From NCBI GenBank assembly GCA_041665485.1, contig JBAYIT010000003.1:3146-67145 (forward strand): a stretch of 64,000 bases of DNA, read 5' to 3'. The notes under the pieces are model-generated. The model was not told the origin of the DNA. It did not search any database and saw nothing but the letters and a program-made list of their open reading frames with translations. The position numbers and the translations under genes are program-made. Below are positions 56,169 to 64,000 of the stretch, one piece after another (positions within the stretch are counted from its first letter, which is position 1; every line of letters starts with the position of its first letter). Source of the DNA: Candidatus Shapirobacteria bacterium (lineage in GTDB: Bacteria; Patescibacteriota; Microgenomatia; UBA12405).

Positions 56169-56197
56169 CCCTCGCCACGGCGGGGGTTAAATATTTT
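56169..56197 (+). promoter_or_regulatory. terminator-like hairpin + T-tract abutting the aspS start codon (candidate leader/attenuator)
   Basis: ccctcgc-cacg-gcggggg followed by ttaaatatttt and then ATG at 56198. A TATAAT lies at about 56018-56023, giving a roughly 170-nt GC-rich leader. Confidence 0.35.
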
Positions 56198-58438
56198 ATG
56201 GAACGCACAAAAGCTCTCGAATGTCTCGAGAAAATCGGGCAAAAGGTTACTCTCAAAGGTTGGGTGGCCAACATCCGTAACCATGGTCAGATAATTTTTA
56301 TTGAGTTGCGCGATTGGAGCGGTATTATTCAAATTGTTGTCGACAAAGCCCTTAAACCTGAAGCTTTCAAAGTTGCCACCGAACTCGGTAAAGAATATGT
56401 TATTCAAGTTGAAGGCCAAGTTGTCAAAAGAGCCCAGGAATTCGTTAACAAGAAGCTTAAGGCTGGTGAAATTGAAGTTTCTGCCGAAACTATTTTAATT
56501 CTCAACAAAAGTTTACAAGCTCCTTTTCCTCTCGACACCGACGGCCGTGATCTTGATGAAAACTTACGGCTCAAATATCGTTTTGTTGATCTTCGTCGGG
56601 AGCGTATCGCCAAAATTATCCGTCTCCGTCATCAATACACCATGGCCGTTAGAAATTGGATGGATCAACACGGCTTTACCGAAGTTGTTACCCCCATTCT
56701 TACTAGTTCATCTCCCGAAGGTGCCCGGGATTTTATTATTCCCTCCCGTCTTCACCCCGGTCAGTTTTTTGTTCTTCCTCAAGCTCCTCAACAATTCAAA
56801 CAAATGTTGATGGTTGGCGGGGTCGACCGTTACTATCAAATCGCCCCCTGTTTTCGTGATGAAGATCCCAGGGCCGACCGTCATTATGGTGCTTTTTATC
56901 AAATTGATATCGAAATTAGTTTCCCCACCATCGATGAAATTTTTTCTGTGGGTGAAAATTTAATTAAAACAATTTATCCCGTCGTTGCTCCTAAAAAAAC
57001 TCTCAAACAATTTCCTTTTCCTCGTATTACTTATCTCGATTGTCAGGATCGTTATGGCACCGACAAGCCCGACGTCCGTTTTGACATGTTTCTTACCGAT
57101 CTAACTCCGGTTGTTGCCGGCAAAACCGAGTTTGGTATTTTTAATTCTGCCCCGAGCGTTAAATGTCTGGTTGCTCCCGGTTGTGGCAGTTGGACTAAAA
57201 CTGACACCGAGAAAATGGAAAAATTTGCTAAGGAAAAAGGCGCCAAAGGCCTCATAAATTTAAAAGTCACCGACTCTGGCCTCGATGGCAGTATTACCAA
57301 ACATCTTCCTCCGGAAATCCAAACTGAAATTATCAAAACTGCTAGCGCAAAAGTCGGCGACCTGATAATTGTTACTGCCGGGCCTAAGGCCGAAACCAAC
57401 AAAGTTCTTGGTGCTGTCCGCACCCGTCTGGGTGAGCAACTTAAGTTAACCGATCCCAATGAATTGGCTTTTATTTGGATTACCGACTTCCCTTTTTACG
57501 ACATTAATGATGAGGGTAAACTTGATTTTGGTCACAATCCTTTTTCTATGCCCCAAGGTGGTATGTCCGCCTTTGACGCCAAAGATCCGTTAACCATCCG
57601 CAGTTTTCAATACGACCTTGCCGGCAATGGTTACGAACTCCTTTCAGGGTCGATCCGTAATCACGAGCCAGAAACTCTGGTTAAGGCTTTTGAAACTATT
57701 GGTTACACCAGAGATGAGGTTCTTCGCCGTTTCGGCGGTATGTATCAGGCATTCCAATATGGCGCTCCGCCCCACGGCGGTTTCGCCATCGGTTTTGATC
57801 GATTATTGATGATTTTAATCGACGAGCCAAATATTCGCGATGTTTACGCCTTTCCTCTAAACTCCAGTGGTGTCGACGTTCTAATGAACGCCCCCAGCGA
57901 AATTTATCAGAAGCAATTAGACGAATGTCACATTGCTCTCAACCTCAAAAATAGTCCCGTAGCTGATTCCAGTCTCCACGACCGGCTTCTCGCCTTCCTT
58001 GACGACAAACAAATTGTCTATCGCCATCTCACTCATGCCGAAACTCGGACCTCCGAGGAGTCAGCCCAAGCTCGGGGCACTAAATTGGAGCAGGGGGCCA
58101 AGGCTTTAGTCATGTTTGCCGACACCAAACCGGCTCTAGTAGTATTATCCGCCGCCAGCAAACTCGACAACGCCGCCTTCAAAAAGCAGTTTAAAGTCAG
58201 TGATCTGCGCATGGCCACTCCCGCCGAAGTTAAGGCAGTTAGTGGTGCCGAAATCGGCGCCGTCCCGCCCTTTGGCAACCTCTTTAATGTCCCTGTTTAT
58301 GTCGATGAGGGGTTGCTCCAAAACGAGGAAATCGCCTTCAATGCCGGTTTGCTAACGGCTTCAGTCATCATCAAGGCCAAAGATTTTGTTACACTGGTAG
58401 TGCCTCAAATCGGCCAATATGCCCTGGCTACCTCATAA
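56198..58438 (+). CDS. aspS: aspartyl-tRNA synthetase with C-terminal YbaK/ProX-like aminoacyl-tRNA deacylase domain
   Basis: Class II motifs ('FRDEDPRADR', 'GGFAIGFDRLLM'). About 165 extra C-terminal residues ('ALVMFADTKPALVVLSAASKLD...GAEIGAVPPFG...VYVDEGL') resemble YbaK-type deacylases. The ATG at 56198 is preferred over the upstream alternative start at 56114. Confidence 0.85.
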   Translation: MERTKALECLEKIGQKVTLKGWVANIRNHGQIIFIELRDWSGIIQIVVDKALKPEAFKVATELGKEYVIQVEGQVVKRAQEFVNKKLKAGEIEVSAETILILNKSLQAPFPLDTDGRDLDENLRLKYRFVDLRRERIAKIIRLRHQYTMAVRNWMDQHGFTEVVTPILTSSSPEGARDFIIPSRLHPGQFFVLPQAPQQFKQMLMVGGVDRYYQIAPCFRDEDPRADRHYGAFYQIDIEISFPTIDEIFSVGENLIKTIYPVVAPKKTLKQFPFPRITYLDCQDRYGTDKPDVRFDMFLTDLTPVVAGKTEFGIFNSAPSVKCLVAPGCGSWTKTDTEKMEKFAKEKGAKGLINLKVTDSGLDGSITKHLPPEIQTEIIKTASAKVGDLIIVTAGPKAETNKVLGAVRTRLGEQLKLTDPNELAFIWITDFPFYDINDEGKLDFGHNPFSMPQGGMSAFDAKDPLTIRSFQYDLAGNGYELLSGSIRNHEPETLVKAFETIGYTRDEVLRRFGGMYQAFQYGAPPHGGFAIGFDRLLMILIDEPNIRDVYAFPLNSSGVDVLMNAPSEIYQKQLDECHIALNLKNSPVADSSLHDRLLAFLDDKQIVYRHLTHAETRTSEESAQARGTKLEQGAKALVMFADTKPALVVLSAASKLDNAAFKKQFKVSDLRMATPAEVKAVSGAEIGAVPPFGNLFNVPVYVDEGLLQNEEIAFNAGLLTASVIIKAKDFVTLVVPQIGQYALATS

Positions 58439-59324
58439 ATTAATTCTGCTTTTCGTTATTTTGGCACTGGGTTATTTTCTCGCCTGGCCCTTAACTTCGC
58501 CCAATCCGGTTGACCCCCATCTTTTGCCTCTAATTAACTTTCCTTTAGCCTCTCCGCCAGTCGTCAAAAATCCCACTCCGCCTCAACTTGGCGCCACCAG
58601 TTTTATTTTGGTCGACGATCTAACCAACACCGTCCTTATTGCTAAAGATCCCGACCAGAGGATTTACCCCGCCTCCACCACCAAATTGGCCACCGCCCTC
58701 ACCGCTCTCAATATTTATCCTCTCGATGAGGTCGTCACTGTCAAAGAAAAATACACCGAAGGCAAAATTATGAATTTGCAACTTGGTGAAAAAATAACTA
58801 TTAGGTCGCTCTCCACCGCTCTCTTAATTTTTTCCGCCAATGATTCCGCCATAGCTCTAGCCAACCATCATCCCCAAGGTCGATCCGGCTTTATCACCGA
58901 GATGAATGCTCTGGCCAAAAAATACTTACTCACCAATACTAATTTTACTAACGTTGACGGCATCCATTCACCTCTCCATTACAGCACTGTCACCGATTTA
59001 GCCCAACTTGCCCGGGTTTCAATTCGCAATCAGTTTGTTGTCGATACCGTCAAAAAAACCTCCGCCACTGTCACCGATCTTTCCAGCGCCATCTCTCACC
59101 CCCTTGTCACCACTAATGAATTATTGGGTAAATACAGAGAAATCGAAGGCCTCAAAACCGGTTGGACGCCCGAAGCCGGCGGTTGTTTTGTTGGCCTCAT
59201 CAATCTTTCCGGCCATCAACTTATTAGCGTTGTTGCCCAAAGCCCCGATCGTTTCGCCGACACCCTCGCCCTCCTCTCCTGGGCCCAATCCAACCTCACC
59301 TGGCCTCGTCCTTCGACTCTCTAA
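58419..59324 (+). CDS. D-alanyl-D-alanine carboxypeptidase (peptidase S11, PBP5/6-like)
   Basis: 301 aa with a signal-anchor and 'ASTTKLATAL' (SxxK), 'SAND' (SxN) and 'KTGWT' (KTG) motifs. Confidence 0.8.
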   Translation: MPWLPHKLILLFVILALGYFLAWPLTSPNPVDPHLLPLINFPLASPPVVKNPTPPQLGATSFILVDDLTNTVLIAKDPDQRIYPASTTKLATALTALNIYPLDEVVTVKEKYTEGKIMNLQLGEKITIRSLSTALLIFSANDSAIALANHHPQGRSGFITEMNALAKKYLLTNTNFTNVDGIHSPLHYSTVTDLAQLARVSIRNQFVVDTVKKTSATVTDLSSAISHPLVTTNELLGKYREIEGLKTGWTPEAGGCFVGLINLSGHQLISVVAQSPDRFADTLALLSWAQSNLTWPRPSTL

Positions 59325-60348
59325 TTCTTTTTTCTTCCTGACTTCCGTTAGTTTTCTTTACCATCCTGTCAAAATCTGACTCCAGCAATTTGTCTTGCAT
59401 TACTCGGTATTTTTCAAATTCCTTTTCAGCCAAGGCCAGTGCTATTTCGTGGGAAACTTTTCCCGTATCTTGAAGTATTCTTTGTCGATTAAACCGTAAG
59501 AAAGCATCCAATTTTTCAACCCAATCCTTCATGTACATAATCTGTCCATCAGTCGCCTGGAGTTCTGCATAATCCAAATACATAGTTACAATTCGATTTA
59601 ATTGATCAAGCTCTTTTTCATTCAAATAGTTTTTGGCAATACCAATATCTGTCTTTCTAACTCTCCCTTTGGGAGAATTTTTCCAGTTCGTTAACCCCAT
59701 ATTTTGTTTGCCACTATCAACCCTTGATTGAATTATCTCAGCCGCTGTTTGTCCGGCGATAGCCCAATGCAGTTTGTTTTGCACTGTCGCAAAAAATTGT
59801 TTAGTGATTTCTTCATCTGGATTGTAGTCGGCACTACACTGGGCGTAAATATCAGTTATCTTTTGATAAAAACGGCGCTCACTCGAGCGAATGTCTCGAA
59901 TACGAGCCAATTGTTCTTCAAAATAGTCTTTACCAAAAATACGCCGTGGGTCTTTAAGTCGTTCATCATCCATCGTAAACCCTTTAATTATGTATTCTTT
60001 AAGTCTTTCCGTTGCCCAAACTCGGAAATGAGTCGCCCTTACCGAATTAACCCGATATCCCACCGAGATAATTGCATCGAGATTGTAGAATTTTGTCTGA
60101 TAAGTTTTATTATCGCTAGCAGTACGTGCAAAATTTGCACATACTGAGTTTTCCTGCAATTCTCTATCCTTAAATATATTTTTAAGATGTTTTGTCACTA
60201 CACTTCTCTCTACACCAAAAAGCTCGGCAATCTTGACTTGAGAAAGCCATATATTTTCATCTTTCAGAAAAGTCTCAACCTTCACTTTGCCGTTTGGTGT
60301 GGTGTAGAGAAGAAAATTTGGTTCAGTTTTAACCATTATTTTTTTCAT
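59296..60348 (-). CDS. RhuM-family protein, paralog 2
   Basis: 350 aa sharing 'YNLDAIISVGYRVNS', 'RVWATERLKEYIIKGFTMDDERLK' and 'KNYLNEKE' with 733..1776. Inverted orientation relative to paralog 1. Confidence 0.8.
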   Translation of the reverse strand: MKKIMVKTEPNFLLYTTPNGKVKVETFLKDENIWLSQVKIAELFGVERSVVTKHLKNIFKDRELQENSVCANFARTASDNKTYQTKFYNLDAIISVGYRVNSVRATHFRVWATERLKEYIIKGFTMDDERLKDPRRIFGKDYFEEQLARIRDIRSSERRFYQKITDIYAQCSADYNPDEEITKQFFATVQNKLHWAIAGQTAAEIIQSRVDSGKQNMGLTNWKNSPKGRVRKTDIGIAKNYLNEKELDQLNRIVTMYLDYAELQATDGQIMYMKDWVEKLDAFLRFNRQRILQDTGKVSHEIALALAEKEFEKYRVMQDKLLESDFDRMVKKTNGSQEEKRIRESKDEAR

Positions 60349-60363
60349 CTTTTTGTTTTTCCA

Positions 60364-60393
60364 AATTCGTAGATTCGTAGATTCGTATATTCT
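60364..60393. repeat. TTCGTAGATTCGTAG-family repeat
   Basis: aattcgtagattcgtagattcgtatattctt, immediately upstream of the RhuM#2 start. Confidence 0.65.
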
Positions 60394-61433
60394 TAGTTTT
60401 GTACTAGCTCGTTGGCCACTGCCGGCACATAAGCCACAAAATTGCCATCGCCGGCAAACACATACACCGGTTGTAAATAATTTGTCAGTGTCACCGGCTC
60501 GAAATAGGCCAAAGACATCTCTCTTATTCCTACCTTGGAATTAGTCGTGTCCGACACCGGCCAATAATTTCCCGCCTGTAATTCCGCCCAGGCCGTTTCC
60601 GGGCTTTTAATTGGGTAAGTTGAATAAGAATCTCGGGCCATATCGGCATACTTATAGTTAACCTCCAAAATCTTTTTTCCCTCCACTGTCGATCCGGAAA
60701 CCAGCATCGAAATTGAGGCCCGGTTAAGCTCTGTCCCCACCATTTTAAAATCACCCTCCAAATTATCCCGAAAAAAGTCGACTCTGGCCACATTTGCCTC
60801 TGATTGGGCCGGCGCCGCCTTTAGCCCATCCGATTCTATTTTCCAGTAACTAACCGCCTTTTTACCGTTTTCCAAATCCGGTTTCATTTTTCCTGCTGTT
60901 TCCAAATAATTTTTGGCAATATTAATTGCTTCTTCCTTGCTTGGCACTTTCTCCTGAGCAAATATTAGTTGGTCGTTGCTGTATGGGTAGCTCATCACAA
61001 AACTGCCATCGAGGACATTCATTTTTAAGGATTGGTTTAACTGGTCATTTTTAAACTCATAAATCGTTTCGTTGAGTTTGGTTGGCTCCTGCAAAAACCC
61101 CAATCCCTTAGCCATTTGGGTGTAATAATCAATTGCCAGCAAACTACTGCTTGGCCGGTAAAGAACGTATACTCTGGCCTGATCGGAAAATTTTGGGAAA
61201 GAATCATTTGGAAGTTCGCGGGAAAATGTCTTTTTATCAAATTTCTTTTCCGGGAAAACCGTTTTTGGTAATTTTCCAAACCTAACTGTTGGCGGAGTAT
61301 AAGGCGGGTGGGCTGCTTTATAAGCAGCGATGGCCATTCCCACCACTGAATACATAATTGCCATCATCACCACCACTATTCCCCCGTATTTAATTACCAA
61401 TCTTGCCTCGTAAGCCGTCGTCGTTAAAGACAT
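60393..61433 (-). CDS. membrane-anchored hypothetical protein (346 aa)
   Basis: N-terminal TM 'IVVVMMAIMYSVVGMAIAAY'. The remainder is predicted extracytoplasmic. No family recognised. Confidence 0.45.
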   Translation of the reverse strand: MSLTTTAYEARLVIKYGGIVVVMMAIMYSVVGMAIAAYKAAHPPYTPPTVRFGKLPKTVFPEKKFDKKTFSRELPNDSFPKFSDQARVYVLYRPSSSLLAIDYYTQMAKGLGFLQEPTKLNETIYEFKNDQLNQSLKMNVLDGSFVMSYPYSNDQLIFAQEKVPSKEEAINIAKNYLETAGKMKPDLENGKKAVSYWKIESDGLKAAPAQSEANVARVDFFRDNLEGDFKMVGTELNRASISMLVSGSTVEGKKILEVNYKYADMARDSYSTYPIKSPETAWAELQAGNYWPVSDTTNSKVGIREMSLAYFEPVTLTNYLQPVYVFAGDGNFVAYVPAVANELVQN

Positions 61434-61501
61434 AAGATCATTTTAACTTATTTATCACTAACATCTAGGATCTAAGATCTAGGATCTTATATAATACTCT
61501 C

Positions 61502-62926
61502 ATGATTCGCACCCGCATGGCTCCCAGTCCTACTGGCGAATACCACATTGGCCATATTCGCACTTTGCTCTATAACTACGTCTATGCTAGGCAAAACAAA
61601 GGGCAATTTGTTATTCGTATAGAAGATACCGATCGAAAACGTTTCGTTGCCGGAGCTCAAGAAAGAATTTTGCAGGTAATTAAAGACTACGGTTTTTCTT
61701 GGGACGAAGGTCCCGATATTGGTGGTCCCTATGCTCCTTATGTTCAAACCGAAAGACTAGCAATTTACGAAGATTATATTAAAAAATTAATTGCTATCGG
61801 TGGGGCTTATTATTGTTTTTGCACTGAAAATCGGCTTGAAGAAATGAGAACTCTTCAAAAAGCCGCTGGCCATATTCCCAAGTATGACAAACATTGTCTT
61901 AATTTATCTCCCGAAGAAATAGAAACTAATTTGAAAAATAAAGTACCCTATGTTGTTCGTCTTAAAATACCGCCCAATGAAACAATTAAAATTAATGATA
62001 TTGTTCGGGGAGAAATCATATTTAACACTAACGATGTCGATGATCAAATTTTAGTTAAATCAAATGGTATTCCTACTTATCATTTTGCTGCTGGTATTGA
62101 TGATCACTTGATGAATATCACTCATGTTTTACGTGGTGATGAATGGATTTCATCTCTTCCTAAGCAATACACCATTTATAAATGTCTTGGTTGGGACTTG
62201 CCCCAATTCGCCCATCTAACTGTCTTTTTAGATCCTGCTGGAGGAAAAATGAGTAAACGTCATGGCTCCGTCTCCGCCAGAAGCTTTCTTGATGACGGTT
62301 ATCTTCCCGATGCCTTACTCAATTTTTTAATGCTCCTCGGTTGGAACCCAGGGACCGATAGAGAGTTATTCACTCTCGATGAATTTATTAATGAATTTAG
62401 TTTGGCCAAACTTCACACCAAGCAACCAGTTTTTGACCGGAAAAAGCTGGATTATTTTAATGGCCTTTATATTCGGCAAAAATCCGATGCCGATCTTTTT
62501 CCCTATTTCAAAAAGTTTTTACCTCAAGCTTCCGATGATCAAATTACCGCCCTAACTCCAGTATTAAAAGACAGATTAGTTAAATTTGGCGATCTACCAA
62601 TTCAAACTAAGTTCTTATTTGAAGACGTTGATTATCCCACTGACCTTTTACTTCAACGTGGGGCTGATAGGGGATTAGTTGTTGATATTTTGTCCAAAAC
62701 CAAAGATTTATTATTTGGTCTTGAAACTTTTAACTTTATAACTTTACAAACTAAATTAATGGATCTTATTTCATCAAACGGCTGGAACGTCGGTCAGTTT
62801 TTCATGGTCCTGCGGGTGGCCATTTGTGGAGCTCCTCAAACCCCGCCTCTGGTTGAATGTCTGCCTATCCTTGGCAAAGAAAATACCCTAAGGAAAATCG
62901 ATCTGGCTCTTGCTAAACTGAAATAA
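61502..62926 (+). CDS. gltX: glutamyl-tRNA synthetase
   Basis: 474 aa with 'RMAPSPTGEYHIGHIRT' (HIGH) and 'KMSKR' (KMSKS) motifs. The C-terminal region contains an in-frame AACTTTATA-type segment (62721-62752, 'LETFNFITLQT'). Confidence 0.92.
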   Translation: MIRTRMAPSPTGEYHIGHIRTLLYNYVYARQNKGQFVIRIEDTDRKRFVAGAQERILQVIKDYGFSWDEGPDIGGPYAPYVQTERLAIYEDYIKKLIAIGGAYYCFCTENRLEEMRTLQKAAGHIPKYDKHCLNLSPEEIETNLKNKVPYVVRLKIPPNETIKINDIVRGEIIFNTNDVDDQILVKSNGIPTYHFAAGIDDHLMNITHVLRGDEWISSLPKQYTIYKCLGWDLPQFAHLTVFLDPAGGKMSKRHGSVSARSFLDDGYLPDALLNFLMLLGWNPGTDRELFTLDEFINEFSLAKLHTKQPVFDRKKLDYFNGLYIRQKSDADLFPYFKKFLPQASDDQITALTPVLKDRLVKFGDLPIQTKFLFEDVDYPTDLLLQRGADRGLVVDILSKTKDLLFGLETFNFITLQTKLMDLISSNGWNVGQFFMVLRVAICGAPQTPPLVECLPILGKENTLRKIDLALAKLK

Positions 62927-63753
62927 TGGTTTTGGTTTTAATCATTTTTTTGATTTTAGCCACTCCTGTCTCCGCTGAAACTCCTTTGGTTAAAATCACC
63001 AACTATTCTTCCAACACCGCTCCCGAATGGGTTGAAATCCAAAATCAATCCGACCAGATTATCGATATAAATAACTGGAAAATAATCGATGGTAATGATC
63101 GAACCACTGATGACTTTACCTTGTCGGGTTGTTTTTCCCCTGGCAATTTTTTAACTGTCGTTAGAGATGAAAGTGGTTGGCTTAATAACGAGGATGAAAC
63201 AATCAAAATTCTCGACGCTTCCGGTAATGTAGTTGACCAACTTGCCTATGCTAAGGGTAAAGTAGAGGCTACTTATCGCCAAGACAATAGTTGTCAGCCC
63301 ACCCCAACTATTACTCCTTCTCCCACTCCGGTCCCCACCGCCACCAACACTCCGGTTCCCACTAATACTCCTGCTCCCACCGATACTCCTATTCCCACCC
63401 CCACCAAAACTCCAACCCCGACCCACACCCCCTCTCCCACTCACACTCCCACCCCCACTAAAACTCCGACACCAAATCCAACCAACACTAATACTCCAAC
63501 GCCATCTTTGTCTCCCACACCTTCTCCATCACCCACTGAAACGGAAACATCAACTGAAACACCGGGGCCTGAACCATCTTTGGTTCTAGGAGCCATTGAC
63601 ATTACCACTCCTAGTCCCATTCCTACTCCAACTCTCGCACCAAAAAAAGCCCAAGTTTCAAACATTTTGCCGGGTGCTCTCATTGGTCTTGGCAGCCTCT
63701 TTTTGCTTTTTCCCCTCCTCCTCTCTAAACTAGGACATGGTCAAAATTCTTAG
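62926..63753 (+). CDS. cell-surface protein with lamin-tail domain, Pro/Thr-rich linker and C-terminal TM anchor
   Basis: 275 aa with a signal peptide. LTD signature 'APEWVEIQNQSDQIIDINNWKI...ETIKILDASGNVVD', about 100 aa of (P-T-x) repeats and a C-terminal hydrophobic anchor. Confidence 0.65.
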   Translation: MVLVLIIFLILATPVSAETPLVKITNYSSNTAPEWVEIQNQSDQIIDINNWKIIDGNDRTTDDFTLSGCFSPGNFLTVVRDESGWLNNEDETIKILDASGNVVDQLAYAKGKVEATYRQDNSCQPTPTITPSPTPVPTATNTPVPTNTPAPTDTPIPTPTKTPTPTHTPSPTHTPTPTKTPTPNPTNTNTPTPSLSPTPSPSPTETETSTETPGPEPSLVLGAIDITTPSPIPTPTLAPKKAQVSNILPGALIGLGSLFLLFPLLLSKLGHGQNS

Positions 63754-64000
63754 TCTTTTTTGGATGGCTTTCATCTTTTTCCTCTCCTCTCGTTCCACCA
63801 TTGGCATTGGCCAAACCCAAACCGAAAGATTTTTAATTCTCAAATCCTTTCATCTTATTGAATATATCGTCCTATCTGTCCTTTATGTTTTATCACTCAA
63901 AAATCAAAAAACCGCTCTCGTCTCTGCCTACACGTTTGCTCTCACCGACGAAATTCACCAAGCCTTCATCCCTGGCCGCGAAGGCAAATTTGTTGATACT
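63737..64000 (+). CDS. VanZ-family membrane protein (3'-truncated by window edge)
   Basis: 'MVKILSLFWMAFIFFLS...TDEIHQAFIPGREGKFVD'. The 'DE.HQ.F.PGR' motif is typical of VanZ. The ORF continues past the window end. Confidence 0.6.
   Translation, partial: MVKILSLFWMAFIFFLSSRSTIGIGQTQTERFLILKSFHLIEYIVLSVLYVLSLKNQKTALVSAYTFALTDEIHQAFIPGREGKFVDT

Noticed and set aside
55976-56197. T-box riboswitch upstream of aspS
   Set aside because: No specifier-loop/AGAGA or conserved T-box sequence (AAUUAGGGUGGNACCGCG) was found. It is kept only as a generic candidate attenuator.
1-64000. CRISPR arrays, transposases, integrases, prophage genes
   Set aside because: I saw no regularly spaced direct repeats with unique spacers and no IS, transposase or recombinase-like ORFs in any frame. 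The short repeat families noted are not CRISPR-like because they have no repeat-spacer periodicity.

Overview
This window looks like a low-GC, gene-dense bacterial chromosome segment with the hallmarks of a Candidate Phyla Radiation (Patescibacteria) genome; that placement is inference from gene content. The core is an almost complete str/S10/spc/alpha ribosomal-protein superoperon on the + strand (tuf, rpsJ through rplO, secY, adk, infA, rpmJ, rpsM, rpsK, rpsD, rpoA, rplQ, rplM, rpsI), which lacks rpmD (L30) and has no map gene. Also present are uppP, an ABC exporter, an envelope-modification cluster, recA, rny, HU, ychF, miaA, an AI-2E transporter, a reduced RNase P RNA (rnpB, minus strand), secDF, cca, recJ, an aspS with an extra C-terminal YbaK-like deacylase domain, a DD-carboxypeptidase and gltX. 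Accessory content includes two RhuM-family paralogs in inverted orientation at the two ends of the window. A RelE/RHH toxin-antitoxin pair plus a DHFR-like/GNAT fusion and a PIG-L deacetylase are inserted between adk and infA. A low-GC island next to tRNA-Pro(GGG) carries NYN and SNase nucleases, a degenerate PpaC-like DHH protein, a GNAT, a 172-aa and an 807-aa protein of unknown function, and a duplicated tRNA 3' fragment. Two small Cys-rich membrane-anchored proteins are present, and several families of short repeats occur, two of them apparently in-frame inside CDSs (cca, gltX). No CRISPR array, transposase or integrase was seen.
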